Source: Prorocentrum cordatum (lineage: Eukaryota). Taken from it: a stretch of DNA of 56,159 bases. Both the position numbers and the translations under genes were made by a program. The notes below the pieces were generated by a model. The model made no database searches, was not told the DNA's origin, and saw only the letters and a program-made list of their open reading frames with translations. The stretch lies in assembly GCA_963575745.1 (NCBI GenBank), contig CAUYUJ010000108.1:62001-118159 (forward strand). Direction: 5' to 3'. Below, one piece after another: positions 1-11,035 of this stretch; position 1 is the first letter of the stretch; the number at the start of each line of letters is the position of its first letter.

Positions 1-246
1 TACCAAAACATTGTTCTCGGGATTCCAACGCCACAGGTCAACCTGAGTCGTGCGTTTTGACGATCCTGAATCGCGCCAGAACGCCATTCCTGGGATTTCA
101 ACACCGCGGGAAAAAAGTATCTGCTGCGCCCGCAAAATCATGAATCCTTCCAAAACACCATCTCTGGCACGCTGATCACTGGAATCCGTGAGACTTGTTT
201 TTGTTATTTTGCTTCTTTTTTTTATTATATATACATATATATATAC

Positions 247-277
<31 letters not shown>

Positions 278-800
278 GATAAACGAATGTGCGTGGCGCG
301 GCGCCAAGGCGAGAGCCACATTTTGAAAAGGAGCCGCTTTGAATCCGTGAACCATTGGGAAATGTGTTAAAACAATGTACGCGGCGCTGAGGCGAGAACC
401 ACACTTTGAAAACGGCCCGCCCTCAATCCGTGAAACAGTTGCAATTGTTTAAACAAGTTGCTCGCGGGGCTAAGGCAAAAACCACATTTTCAAAAAAGGC
501 CCACCTTCAGTTCGTGAAATTGTTTTGCAAAGTTGTCAAGCAAATGCGCGCGGTGTTTAGGCGAGAGACACGTTTTGAAAACAGCCCGCCCTCAATCCGC
601 GAGCTTCTTGCTTTTTTCAAAACGAATGTGCGCGGCGCTGAGGCGAAACCCGCATTTTGAAAACGATCCGCCCTCCGTTTGTGAACGTGCTGCCAATGTT
701 TAAGCTTCAGGGTCACAAGTGGCTGGGAAGTTTCAGACAAAACGCCCGGCCCGCCCTAAAAAGTGGATTCGCGGTGCGGCAGGGAGAAAATACTTATAAG
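1..800 (+). repeat. Dispersed repeat family R1, copy A (cut by the window start; internal ~83-bp tandem units; (TA)n insert at ~223-280)
   Basis: Shares units such as AAACGAATGTGCGCGGCGCTAAGGCGAGAGCCACATTTTGAAAAC..CCCTCAATCCGTGAA and the terminus CGCCCGGCCCGC..GGTGCG(G/A)CAGGGAGAA..TTATAAG with 4342-5106 and 29553-30490. Confidence 0.85.
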
Positions 801-815
801 GAAAACGAGAGGGGG

Positions 816-1652
816 AAGAGGAGGAGGAGGAGGAGGAGGAGGAGGAGGAGGAGGAGCAGGAGCAGGCGCAGGAGGAGGAGAGGGAGGAGGAGGAGGAGGA
901 GGAGGAGGAGGAGGAGGGAGGGCATGAGCGAGAGAAGGCATGGGAGGAGGAAAAGGAGGAGGAGGAGAGGAGTGAGGAGGAGGAGTAGGAGGAGCGAGGA
1001 AGAGGGAGGGAGGAGTGAGGAGGGACGGAGGAGGAGGAGGGAGGAGGGAAGGAGAGAGGAGGGTGGAGGGAGACTCAGGAGGGAGGAGGAGGAGGAGGAG
1101 GAGGGAGGAGGGAGGAGGACGGTAGGAGGGAGGAGGAAGGCGGAGGAGGAGGAGGAGGAGGAGGAGGGAGGAGGAGGAGGAGGAGGAGGAGGAGGAGTAG
1201 GAGGAGGAGGAGGAGGAGGAGGAGGAGGAGGGAGGAGGGAGGAGCAGGATGTCGAAGCTCGAGGCCGAGAAGCCTCCCGCCCTCCAGGACCCCCGGGCCT
1301 GCGCGGGGGGCGCCTGGCGCCTGGCCGCCGGCCAGGGCGGCCCGCAGCAGCCCGCGCCCCCGCCAGCGGCGAGCGTGCTCGTTTCCCGCGAGCCTCCGCC
1401 CGAGGCGCGGCTCGGCGAGGACCCGAGGATGAGGGAGGAAGGAGGAGAAAGGAAGGAGGAGAAAGGAGGAGGGGAGGGAGGGAGGGAGGGAGGGAGGGAG
1501 GGAGGAGGGGAGGGAGGGAGGGAGGAGGAGGAGGAGGAGGAGGGGAGGAGGAGGAGGAGGAGCAGGAGGAGGAGGAGGAGGAGGAGCAGGAGGAGGAGGA
1601 GGAGGAGAGGGAGGAGGAAGAAGAAGAAGAGGAGGAGGAGGAGGAGGAGGAG

Positions 1653-1684
<32 letters not shown>

Positions 1685-1815
1685 ACAATAATAAGAAGAA
1701 CAATAATAATCAGAATAAGAAAAATAATAATATGAAGAAGAAGAGTAATAATACTAATAAGAAGAAGACGAAGAAGAATAAAAATAATAATAAGAAGAAA
1801 AAGAGGAGGAGGAGT
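816..1815. repeat. (GAG)n/(GGA)n and (AAG/AAT)n microsatellite block with a short unique island at ~1246-1430
   Basis: Directly visible; it generates the poly-R/E/G and poly-L/P/S pseudo-ORFs. Confidence 0.95.
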
Positions 1816-3312
1816 CGCAAGATGGTTCTCTCCCCCCTCTCCTCCCTCCGACGCCTCCCCTCCTCCCCTTCTCCCCCCCTCCACCCTCGGGCTCGGCGAG
1901 GACCGCGCCTGCCGCGAGACGCTGCTGCCCACGGAGCTGGCGCTCGGGGCTGGAGAGAAGAGCCCAGATTTCCGACGACATGTCGGACGGGGCTGGGACC
2001 AGGATGAATCCGTTCTGGAGCCCTCCAGAACTCTTTCAGAGCGTTCTGGAACGCTCTGAGACGGCCGCGGCGCCCGATACATCCTCCAGAGCCGCCAGAT
2101 CTCAGAGATTCTCGGTTTATCCTCACCCGAATTTGTCCTCGTCCTGGTTTCGTCTGAACATCATTTTTTCGATCGGGGCGTTTCTCCTCGATTTGGGCCT
2201 GCGGGGCCCGGGACCATGAGAAATGGAGTCTGGGGCGAAACACTGACTTTTGGGGGCAGTGGTCGGGCTCTCAGGGCCACCGGGCGACGCAGTTTTCTCG
2301 CGCTCGGCGATGTCGCCCAGTCTCCGGGCCCCGGGACCACCACAGACCGATCCGGCTCGTGATTTCCTGTTGGTCCGCGGGCGCACGAAACGAGTCGGAC
2401 GCCGAGCAAGCAGGGGCAGGCCGTGCCACCTGCAAGGGCCCAAACAGGGCGAGGGCAAAGCCCTGCGCGGGGCGAAGCGCTCCGAGCGGCACGCAGGCGA
2501 GGAGCACGGCGGGCGGAGGAGGGAGTACAGAAGTACCGCCCAGCCCGCGAAGTTGCCGCCTGCGGAGAGCGTGACGAGGGCCTGTCCCCCTACAGGGGGC
2601 TTTTCGACGAAAAAAAAACACCCAAAATAACATAAAAAAATACCCTCCAAAATACCCCCCAAAGGTCAAAACAATGTTCGGGAGCAAGAGCCAATCTTGC
2701 CGAACTGGCAGAACTTCCGTCGTGATTTTCGCGACTTTTCTCGGAGCCTCGGGATCTCGGGGGGCGCCCTCCCCCGAGAGCCGATGTCTTGACTTTTTTT
2801 TGCAGCGCGGGGCCCCTGGAGATCTCGGCCCCTTTCCCAGGACCGGCTTCCCATCCCGAGTCGTTCTTTGTCTTTCCCAGGGCCAACGAAGGCTTCCAGA
2901 AGCCGAAAGCGGCGAAAAGCCTCCTTCTTGATTGTGAAGGCCTGACGGCTGGTGCCGCCGACCCTGAAAGACATCGACGACGACAACGAGAAGGAGGAGG
3001 AGAAGGAGGAGGTGAAGGAGGAGGAGGAGGCGGAGATAAAGAGGAGGAGGAGAAGGAGGAGGGAAAGGCCAGGACTCCCCCCTGGCCCCCCCCCTGGGGA
3101 GGAGGACCGGCGAAAAGCCTCCTCCTTCTTGATTTCTTAAATCTGGATCGCTGGGTTCCTCTGGCCCTCGTCGCCATGGCTAGATCCGCCTCGGAGTCCT
3201 GTCGCCAGGGCTCGCCCTGGGCGAGGCCCGGGGCGCGCGGCAGCGGCGTGCCCTGACTTCGGCTCCGCCGTATTTCTCGGCGGGTTCGATGCGACCTCCT
3301 TTGATGCCGATG

Positions 3313-3959
3313 TTCGCCCTCGAAGGGTTTTCGGGTTCGAAGTTCGAGGTTTTCGGATGTGTTCGTCGGTCCTCAGCGGTTTCCCGCCCTCGGGATGCTT
3401 TTCAGCGGCTGCGCCTCGCCGAGAGCTTTCTGGGGGTGCCTGAATCGCCCCGAACGGCCAACGGAGAGCCGAGCCATGACCCGAAAACGAACTAGCATGA
3501 TGTAGATCCGGACTCCAGACACGCTGTACTTTGAGCGATTTCGCAAGTAGGACGGAAAGTTCTGCCCTAGTTTTCGAGCTCCTTTGATGTCGACTCGCGC
3601 CCTGCTGTTCCGTTGCTGTTTCCGCCATGCCTCGGCGGAGATGTCCGCCCTACTTGTTTCTGCGGCGGATCTGTCCGCCCTACTTTTTCGCATCGTTTGG
3701 TGCGCATCTCCAGCACGATGTTAAGTCAGAATGTCGACCAAAGTTCGGCGGATTTGGCGTCAGGGCCTGAATTCAGCTATTTCGTTTTCAGGTCATAACT
3801 CGGCTCTCGGGTGGCCGTTCGGGGCGATCCAGACACCCCCAGGACGCTCTCGGCAAGGCGCAGCCGCTGAAAAGCATTCCGAGGGCGGGAAACCGCCGAG
3901 GACCGACGAACACATCCGAAAACCTCGAACTTCGAACCCGAAAACCCTTCGAGGGCGAA
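3313..3959. mobile_element. Long-inverted-repeat (foldback/MITE-like) element, ~185-bp arms
   Basis: 3313-~3497 (TTCGCCCTCGAAGGGTTTTCGGGTTCGAAG...) is the reverse complement of ~3776-3959 (...CTTCGAACCCGAAAACCCTTCGAGGGCGAA); spacer ~280 bp; no clear TSD. Confidence 0.75.
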
Positions 3960-4120
3960 ATCCGAACCCTGCCCTCGCTCTCAACGATTCAGGCAACTCG
4001 ATGGGCGGCGGGGTAGGGTTCAGAATTCGTCGAACACGTGGCGAAATCCGAACCCTACCCCCGCCTCTTATCAATTCAGGAGAATCGTTGGTTGGTGGGG
4101 GTAGGAATCGGATGTCGCCA
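3952..4120. repeat. Four alternating-orientation ~26-bp units forming hairpins
   Basis: GGCGAAATCCGAACCCT(G/A)CCC at ~3953 and ~4040, with reverse-complement variants at ~4004-4031 and ~4093-4119. Confidence 0.7.
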
Positions 4121-4341
4121 CCTGAACCCTCGAACCGTCGAACAACCTCGAACCGCCGAAAAACATACAACTGCGAAAAGCCTCGAACCCGAAGAGCCTC
4201 GAACCTCAAACCCGAGAAACCCGCGCCTGGACAGAGAGGAGGAGGAGGAAGAGGAGGAGAAGGAGGAGGAGGACGAGGAGGAAGAGGAGCGAGGAGGAGG
4301 AAGAGCGAGGAGCGAGGAGCGAGGAGGAGGAGGAGGAGGAG

Positions 4342-5106
4342 GACCAGTGCAAACCCAAGAGTCATCAACGATGTTGGAATAAACCCTCCCTCCAAGCTGC
4401 CTCTTCGTAGGCCCCGACAACGGTTCATTTCCACAGAGGGAACTGCCTCGTTGGAAGACAACCGTTGGAAAGACCCTGAAGTATGCCAAAACATTGTTCT
4501 CGGGATTCCAACGCCACGGATCAACCTGATTGTTGCGTCTTGACAATCCGGAACCGTTTCAGAACGCCATTATTGGGACTTCAGCGCCGTGCATCAACGT
4601 AGCTGTTGCACCCTCATGGTCCTGAATCCTTCCAAAACGCTATGTTTGGTACGTTGATCATGGGAAGCCGTGAAACTCTTGCACATTGTTAAAACGAATG
4701 CGCGCGGCGCCAAGGCGAGAGCCACATTTTGAAAACGGGTCGCCCTCAATCCGTGAAGCTCTTGTGAATTGTTAAACCGGTTGTGCGCGACGCTAAGGCG
4801 AGAGCCACATTTTGAAAACGGGTCGCCCTCGACCCGTGAAACTATTGCAAATAAAAAGCACGTGTGCGCAGAGGAAAGGTGAGAGCCACATTTTGAAAAC
4901 GGGTCGCCCTCAATTTGCATTAAGAAAACGAATGTGCGCGGCGCTAAGGCGAGAGCCACATGTTGAAAACGACCCGCCCTCCATCTGTGGAGCTGCTGTT
5001 CAGTGTTAAACTTCGGTGCCATAAATGATGAAGAAGTCTCAGGCGAAACGCCCGGCCCGCACTAAAAACTGGCCTCGGGGTGCGACAGGGAGAAGTTATT
5101 TCTAAG
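4342..5106 (+). repeat. Dispersed repeat family R1, copy B (full length)
   Basis: Starts GACCAGTGCAAACCCAAG directly after a (GAG)n tract; ~83-bp internal tandem units; ends GGGGTGCGACAGGGAGAAGTTATTTCTAAG. Confidence 0.85.
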
Positions 5107-6094
5107 GAAAAGGCATGGACGAGGAGGAGGAGGAGGTGGAGGAGGAGGAGGAGGAGGAGCGAGGAGCGAGGAGCGAGGAGCGAGCAGCGAGGAGCGAGGA
5201 GGGAGGAGCGAAGAGGGAGGAGCGAGGAGGAGGAGAAGGAGGAGGAGGAGGAGGCGGAGGTGGCGGAGGAGGAGAAGAAAGAGGAGAAGAAAGAGGAGGA
5301 GAAAGAGGAGGAGGAGCGAGGAGGAGCGAAGGGAGGAGGAGGAGGAGGGGGAGAAGGAAGATGATGATGATGATGATGATGAGGAGGAGGAGGAGGAGGA
5401 GGAGGAGGAGGAGGAGGAGGAGGAGGAGGAGGGAGGAGGAGGAGGAGGAGGAGACTGACTGACTGACTAGCTCATGGAATCCCTCGTCAGCTTAGCCTCG
5501 ACGCGACAAAAAATTCAGCAAAGCTTGGATTCTGAAGGGCGAAGCCTTAATCCCGCCGTTTTTAAAAGTGAGAGCCGTGCACACGTCGTGGCACTGGCAC
5601 CCACATCCAGGGGTAAAGGAACCAACGCGGTGGAGCCACCAGGGCCAGAACCACCTTGCTGGCCCCCCCGTCCCCCTCGATCAGGCACCACTGCCTGGCG
5701 CGCCGCCCCATGAGGAGGCACCCCCCCGCCCAGAGGCATTCGGCCTCGATGGGGGGCCTCCGAGGGGGCTGAGACCTACCTTTCCCACTGAAGCCCCTAC
5801 CGCGCCCACGAGGCGCCTGTCGAGGGATAGTTAACGTCGGGATAGAAAGAGGACGGGGAGGGGGTCTCGGCGGGAGATGGCCTGCAGCCTGTAAGGCCCT
5901 AAATCTCTCGCGCCGACGCCAATCGAATCCCGTCGGACCCGCCAAAAAAATCTGGGCCGCGGGCGTCACCAACTCGGAACCCGGGTTCCTCACTGAAAAG
6001 ATGCACTGGCCAGGCCCACGATACCCAACCTCTTCGCCGTTATCGGCCTGACTCCCCGATGTAGATAGACGTGGGCCAGCCGTCGGCGAAGCGC

Positions 6095-6831
6095 TCAGAT
6101 CTCGTTGATCATCCTCGAGAGCTGGCGGTGCAGCGGGCCTGGAGGGGCTGCACCTGGCTTGTGGATCGCCTTCATGTCTGCCATGGCTTCGGCCAGCAGC
6201 ATTGACAGCTTCGGGCCGTTCGCGTGAGAAAGCTCCACTGCGTGCGTGATCATCCCCTTGTCGGTGCCCTTCGCGTCCTCCTGCATGTCGTCGCTGCTGC
6301 TCTTGCCCTTGCCCTTGCTCGGCTTGCCCCTGCGTGGCTTCCAACGGAAGCATGGTGCCAGGGCCGCCGCCTGCTGGGGAGTGAAGCGCATGATCACGTC
6401 CTTCCACAGGCTCGCAAAGCCATCGGTCAGCTCCTGCTTGGTAAGGTTGCCCTGCGTGCCCCACCACTTCACCGACGCTGCGAAGACCGCCACGTGCGGC
6501 GGCCCCTGCTCTCGTAGTCGACCTGCTCCCCGTTTTTGGCCTTCTCGCGCAGGGCGGTGGACTGCGCGTCGTGCGCCTTGCCCGTCGCCTCTTGCTGCTC
6601 GGACAGGCCGCCCTTCTTCGCCTCGAACTTTTTGAACACGACGGCGGCCAACTCTTGGATCTCGCGGGAATCCGCTCATACGAGGCGCCCCATCGTCTTC
6701 ACTGTCTCCTTCAAGCTCTTGGTGCCGCCGTTGCCCCTGTCGTCGTCGCTGCGCCCTTTCTTGTGTGGGGGAGCGCCATTCGTCTCTGCCGTCGGGAGCG
6801 CCAGCCAAGGCGGGGTGCCCTCCAGGGTCAT
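6095..6831 (-). pseudogene. Second (3') ORF of the LINE, ~245 aa, unknown function, overlapping the pol frame
   Basis: ATG at 6831 reads MTLEGTPPW...KTMGRLV*ADSREIQELAAVVFKKFEAK...DYESRG, then a 1-nt frameshift at ~6503-6506, then PPHVAVFAASVKWW...GAAPPGPLHRQLSRMINEI*. This composite looks globular/helical, whereas the pol frame over 6831-6505 is low-complexity. Confidence 0.65.
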
Positions 6832-9800
6832 ACTGCCGCTGACGCCGACGATCCGACAGAGGGCGAGGTCGCTGAGGAAGCACCGTGCGTGGCAGATGCT
6901 GAACCAGATGGCTACAGAGATGATCCAGATCGGCGTGTTCGACCCCACAAAGTCTGCAAGCGAGGCTATCAGGAGGAACCGGAGTGTGGAACTTCCGAGC
7001 CCCATCAGGTCGACAAAATCCCCGAACCAGCGAGCGAGCAAGATGACGTCCAGCCACCACTCGAGAGCTGAGAACCGTACGGCAAACCACACACACGTTA
7101 GTAGGTGACATAACGTGTCCAGCATTACGGACATGATGTTTAGCACGAAGATGGTTAAGTAGATCCCGTTTCGTACGAAAGACCATCTCGCACCTACTGC
7201 CGTCCTCCACCACCCACTCACACTGCCATTCACGTGGGACCTCAGGGACTGGTGGAGGAACCTCTCGTGGGGGCTGGTAGCCTGGCGGAGGAACTTGCGC
7301 TCGGACCTGGGCCGACCGAATCACTGAGAAATCTATCTTGACGAAGTCTAGGGCAACCTCAGGGTCCACGAACCTGCAGGGGAACTCGGAGAGCTCTTCC
7401 ATCACCATGGCCTCCCCGCCCAAGATCTTCCAGGCCTCCCGAAAGTCCTCCTGGAGACGACGAGCCCACGGAGACGCGTGCTTTGTCAGTCGATCAGCGA
7501 CCGCAGGCCTGTAACGGTCAAACTCCAGTGTCGGCAAACGACCGAACAGTGCGCGCAGGAGCTGCTGGTGACTATCAGGAAAACGTGCCATCTGCTGGTG
7601 CCAGCTCAGGCGCCGCACGAGCAGCTCTCTTGCACTCGGCGCCAATTTCCAATACTGAAGCACTTGGGCATTCGACCAGGTCGTCGTATGTGCGCCCTCA
7701 TGCGAAGTACCCCGTCCCTGCAAGGGCACCCGACACAATCGGGCAAGATGAGCGTCCAGGTCCTTATAATGTTGGGGGGTCACCATCATCGCCTACAGCC
7801 CACTTAATAACGCATTCTGGACCAGCCCAATAAGAATAATACGAGTCCATCTCCAGGGGCACTTGAGGGGCCAGAAACCTCCCATGGAGTAGAACCCTGA
7901 CGACGCCGCCTCTTTACGACGAACAACTTCTGGCCCAGTAGTCCCCGAGAGAGAGACGTAAGGCCCAAGGTGCCGCGTAGATTCATGCAATTCACCTCCA
8001 AGAATGCGAACGGCGTGATGGCGAAGCCAACGTTTGACCTGAATGCCTCCTACTCCCGAGACGTGAAACAGCGAAACCTGTTTGCTGCGGTTGGCCCCGA
8101 ATCCCACCTCCTCCAACTCCTCCTCCAGAGTCTCATCCGACATGCGCATCCACTTCAGGAACTCCGAGATCCTCTGGAAACGAGCAGCAACCATGAAATT
8201 CCAAATGCCATCAGCATATTTAAAGAGGCTCAAGTTGGCACGCATTTCCTTCCATTCTGCTATAAACGCACGTGACGTACTGTGGGCCTCTCGATACTTC
8301 CAGGAGAAAGCCGGCCTGCTAAACGTGCCCCTTGAACAGCGTGACCACGAAGGGGTCCCCCATGGTGCCTCCCTCACCAGGTTGGATCCACAAGGGGGGT
8401 CCTTCAGATGTGGGCAGGCTGATGCATGACTCATGATATCTTTGCTGCGCGAGCGGCACGTCCAGCTCATTGGCGACGTGCATGTCTACCGTAGCATCCA
8501 GCTCCTCATGAGAACCTGACGCGAACGCGTTGCTCATGTCCTTCAGACTGGCCGAGAACGTGTGGTACGAATGCCGCAGGCGCCACGCCACCACCTGAGC
8601 CGCCATAATCGCTCCCTCCCGTCGCCGATGTTTGATGAAGCCGTAGTCACCCACGTCCGCTGGCACCTTCAGCATATCTGCGTAGAAACACTTCCCGATG
8701 GGGTCGAGGACATGCACCACCCGCTTGCCCTTGACGCCTGGCGCGCCACTCTTCCGCAATCCGACCGCCGTGCTGTGATGCCAGTGGCTGGGGGTCCGTG
8801 AGGCTCGGCGTATCATACGAAAACCCCCCAGCATCGCCTCCGTAAAGCTCGCCATGTCAGGAATGCCTGCATCAGCCCCCGCACCCCAGCGTCCCCGTAC
8901 GTATCGCTTCTCGGGGTGGAATCAGAACTGCCACAGCTCCACTGGAGGGGAACGATCAGGTACTGCCCGACGTCGTCCTGCACGTTGTACCGCCCGCGAG
9001 GCCCGCCTGATGTCCGCTCGAGCCCGTTCCATCTCAACGGTCAGGTCAGGCAGCGCATCCGTCGACTCGATCAGCACTGGAGTTGCCGCCTCCGTAGCCG
9101 ACATGCCACCCTCCTTGCCTGCCTGACGCCATGCCGTAAGCCACTCCTCCCGCGTAGGTTGAGCCACCCGTGCCGCGCGTCCGTCCCGCTTCTTCGGTCC
9201 AAACCGACACCTTCCTGCTTCTCGAGAAAGACGCATGGCCAGCGCCAGTTTGCGGGGTCTCCAGGCTGTCTCGATCTCTTCTTCCATGTATCGCTTCCTC
9301 GCTGCTCGTTCTTGTCGTCGATGATGATGTAGGCGGTGAGCCACCGCCCGCAGCTGCTCCTGAATCTCCTCTAGCCTCGCCGTCGTCTCTGGTGTAGACG
9401 TTGAGCCATCCTCCGCCGCCGTCATCCTCCGATGCGTTGCCCCCGTCGGTCGGTACCCTCTGCCCCCCGATGGCCCGACGGGCAGGGGGGGTGAGCAGTG
9501 CGTGCCGACGGGGGCCGTCGTGCCTGTCGCCACCCCAGCCAGTGCCTCCCGAAGTGCCGCCCGCCGACGGAGAAGGTCGCGTCGGAGTTCTGCATTTCCT
9601 CGCTGCTGAGGCGGCCGTCCTGGTCGAAACATCTGTTGTCCCGCCTCAATGAGCACCCGATTCATGTAATCAAAGAAGGAGTCGGGTACACCGCACCGAA
9701 GCATATCCGTCCACTGCGGGTCCTCCTGAGACAGTCGGTCCTCGACCAGCCGTAGGAAATCGCGCTTCAAGTCGCCCTCGCCACGCAGCGCGTCCATGAT

Positions 9801-10778
9801 TTTGTCCCTGTCCCACTCCAGCTTCGGGGCCCGCTGGATCTGCTCCGAGAAACGTGGGAGGTGGACCTGCAGCATGATCGGAATATGATCCTGCGGCGGC
9901 GGGCCCCTAAAAGCCTGTAGTTGCGCCCCCAGTCCTCTGAGAGTGTGACACTTCTGAATTGCGTCCGCCATCCCGAAGGGGAAGAACACGTAGTCGATCA
10001 TCGAGCTCCCGCCCTTCGTGCCGAAGTACGTGGGGCAGACTCCATATCTCGCATTCGCCGCCAGCAAGTGGTGCTTTGCCGCCTATATCCGAAGGGTTTC
10101 ACCTGCTCCGTACCGTCGTGCTTCTCGTGTCGCTGCCTCCTTTGCCACCACCCCATCGTCGACGTACTGCCACTTCGTGGACTGACGGCTGAGACCGATG
10201 CCGTCATTCGCGTCCGTGAACACGATGGGGCAGCAGCGCACAGGCAGGCTGTTCAGCACCTCATCCAGCCACTTGCCGAGAATACGCGTCGTCTCCAGGT
10301 AGTGGGGGACCTCAGCTGACCACCTCGGCTGGGGCGGGAAGTAGAGCACCACTAGACAGAAGTCTTGGCAACTGCGCTTCACTCTTACTGCTAATGCACG
10401 TCCTCCCGCCCCTGTCGGACTCGCCCACACCCGAACCAGATCGCCAAGCCGATAGGCCCGATGAAAAATCACTGCACAACCAGTACTACTATTAGTGTAA
10501 TATCCAGGACTGAATTCGCTTTCGATGACCAACTGCCCTTGAACTCGGCGCTGCAGGGGTTCCTCCGCTTTGCGGTCACATGCCTGCGTCCCCCCCAGCA
10601 GGACAAAGTCGAACGACCTGCACGCCAAGACAATCTCCTCGAGCCGATCCCCGCGGGCGCTCTGAGGGTTCCAGCCGAGCACTTTCGTACTGCCCAGCCA
10701 CGGCTCGCATGCGCAGAGGCAGAAAGCGAGGAAGCCCCCAGCTGTGGTTGCTGCGAAAAAAGTGTGGCCTGCTGCCAT
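6832..10778 (-). pseudogene. LINE pol: APE endonuclease, reverse transcriptase and three C-terminal zinc fingers (disrupted)
   Basis: APE motifs: GWNPQS, LLGGTQ, YFPP, VFTDAND, MIDYVFF, QDHIPI. RT motifs: PSHWHHSTAVGLRK, YGFIKHRRREGAI, DMSNAFAS, GGTMGDP, YADG (YADD variant), RHLGPYV. Zinc fingers: CEW..CEM..HLRAKH, CVVC..H..C, CRLC..HLVQH. In-frame stops at 10083-85 (TAG), 8922-24 (TGA) and 7793-95 (TAG); +1 frameshift in a G-run at ~8328-8331. The frame stays open past 6832, so the true 3' end is uncertain. Confidence 0.9.
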
Positions 10779-10807
10779 GTGAATCGCTCGAGCAACCGTG
10801 GCAGCTC

Positions 10808-11035
10808 GGAGGAGGAGGAGGAGGAGGAGGAGGAGGAGGAGGAGGAGGAGGAGGAGGAGGAGGAGGAGGAGGAGGAGGAGGAGGAGGAGCAGGAGGAGGA
10901 GGAGGGAGGTGGAGGGAGGAGGAGGAGAAGGAGGAGAGAGGAGGAGGGAGGAGGAGGAGGAGGAGGAGGAGGAGGAGGAGGAGGAGGAGGAGGAGGAGGA
11001 GGAGGAGGAGGAGGAGGAGGAGGAGGAGGAGGGGC
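10808..11035. repeat. (GAG)n microsatellite, 5' flank of the LINE
   Basis: Directly visible. Confidence 0.95.

Larger units (their letters stand above)
5453..10807 (-). mobile_element. Non-LTR (LINE-like) retrotransposon, APE-RT type, degenerate, inserted in a (GAG)n microsatellite
   Basis: APE and RT motifs in collinear minus-strand ORFs; 3' tail (AGTC)4 at 5453-5468; both ends abut (GGA)n tracts. Confidence 0.92.

Noticed and set aside
657..2082. Long ORFs rich in poly-R/E/G/L/P/S (also around 10.5-11.6, 14.6-15.5, 26.5-27.7 and 32.1-33.2 kb)
   Set aside because: These are translations of stop-free (GAG)n/(CCT)n microsatellites in several frames and show no domain signal.
6095..6831. DNA methyltransferase cargo in the LINE
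   Set aside because: No FxGxG, PC or ENV motifs are present in the 3' ORF.
6676..10085. Stop-codon reassignment explaining the four in-frame stops in the LINE
   Set aside because: The two TAGs fall where different residues seem likely (W and E), and they occur alongside frameshifts and a YADD-to-YADG change. Ordinary decay is the simpler explanation.
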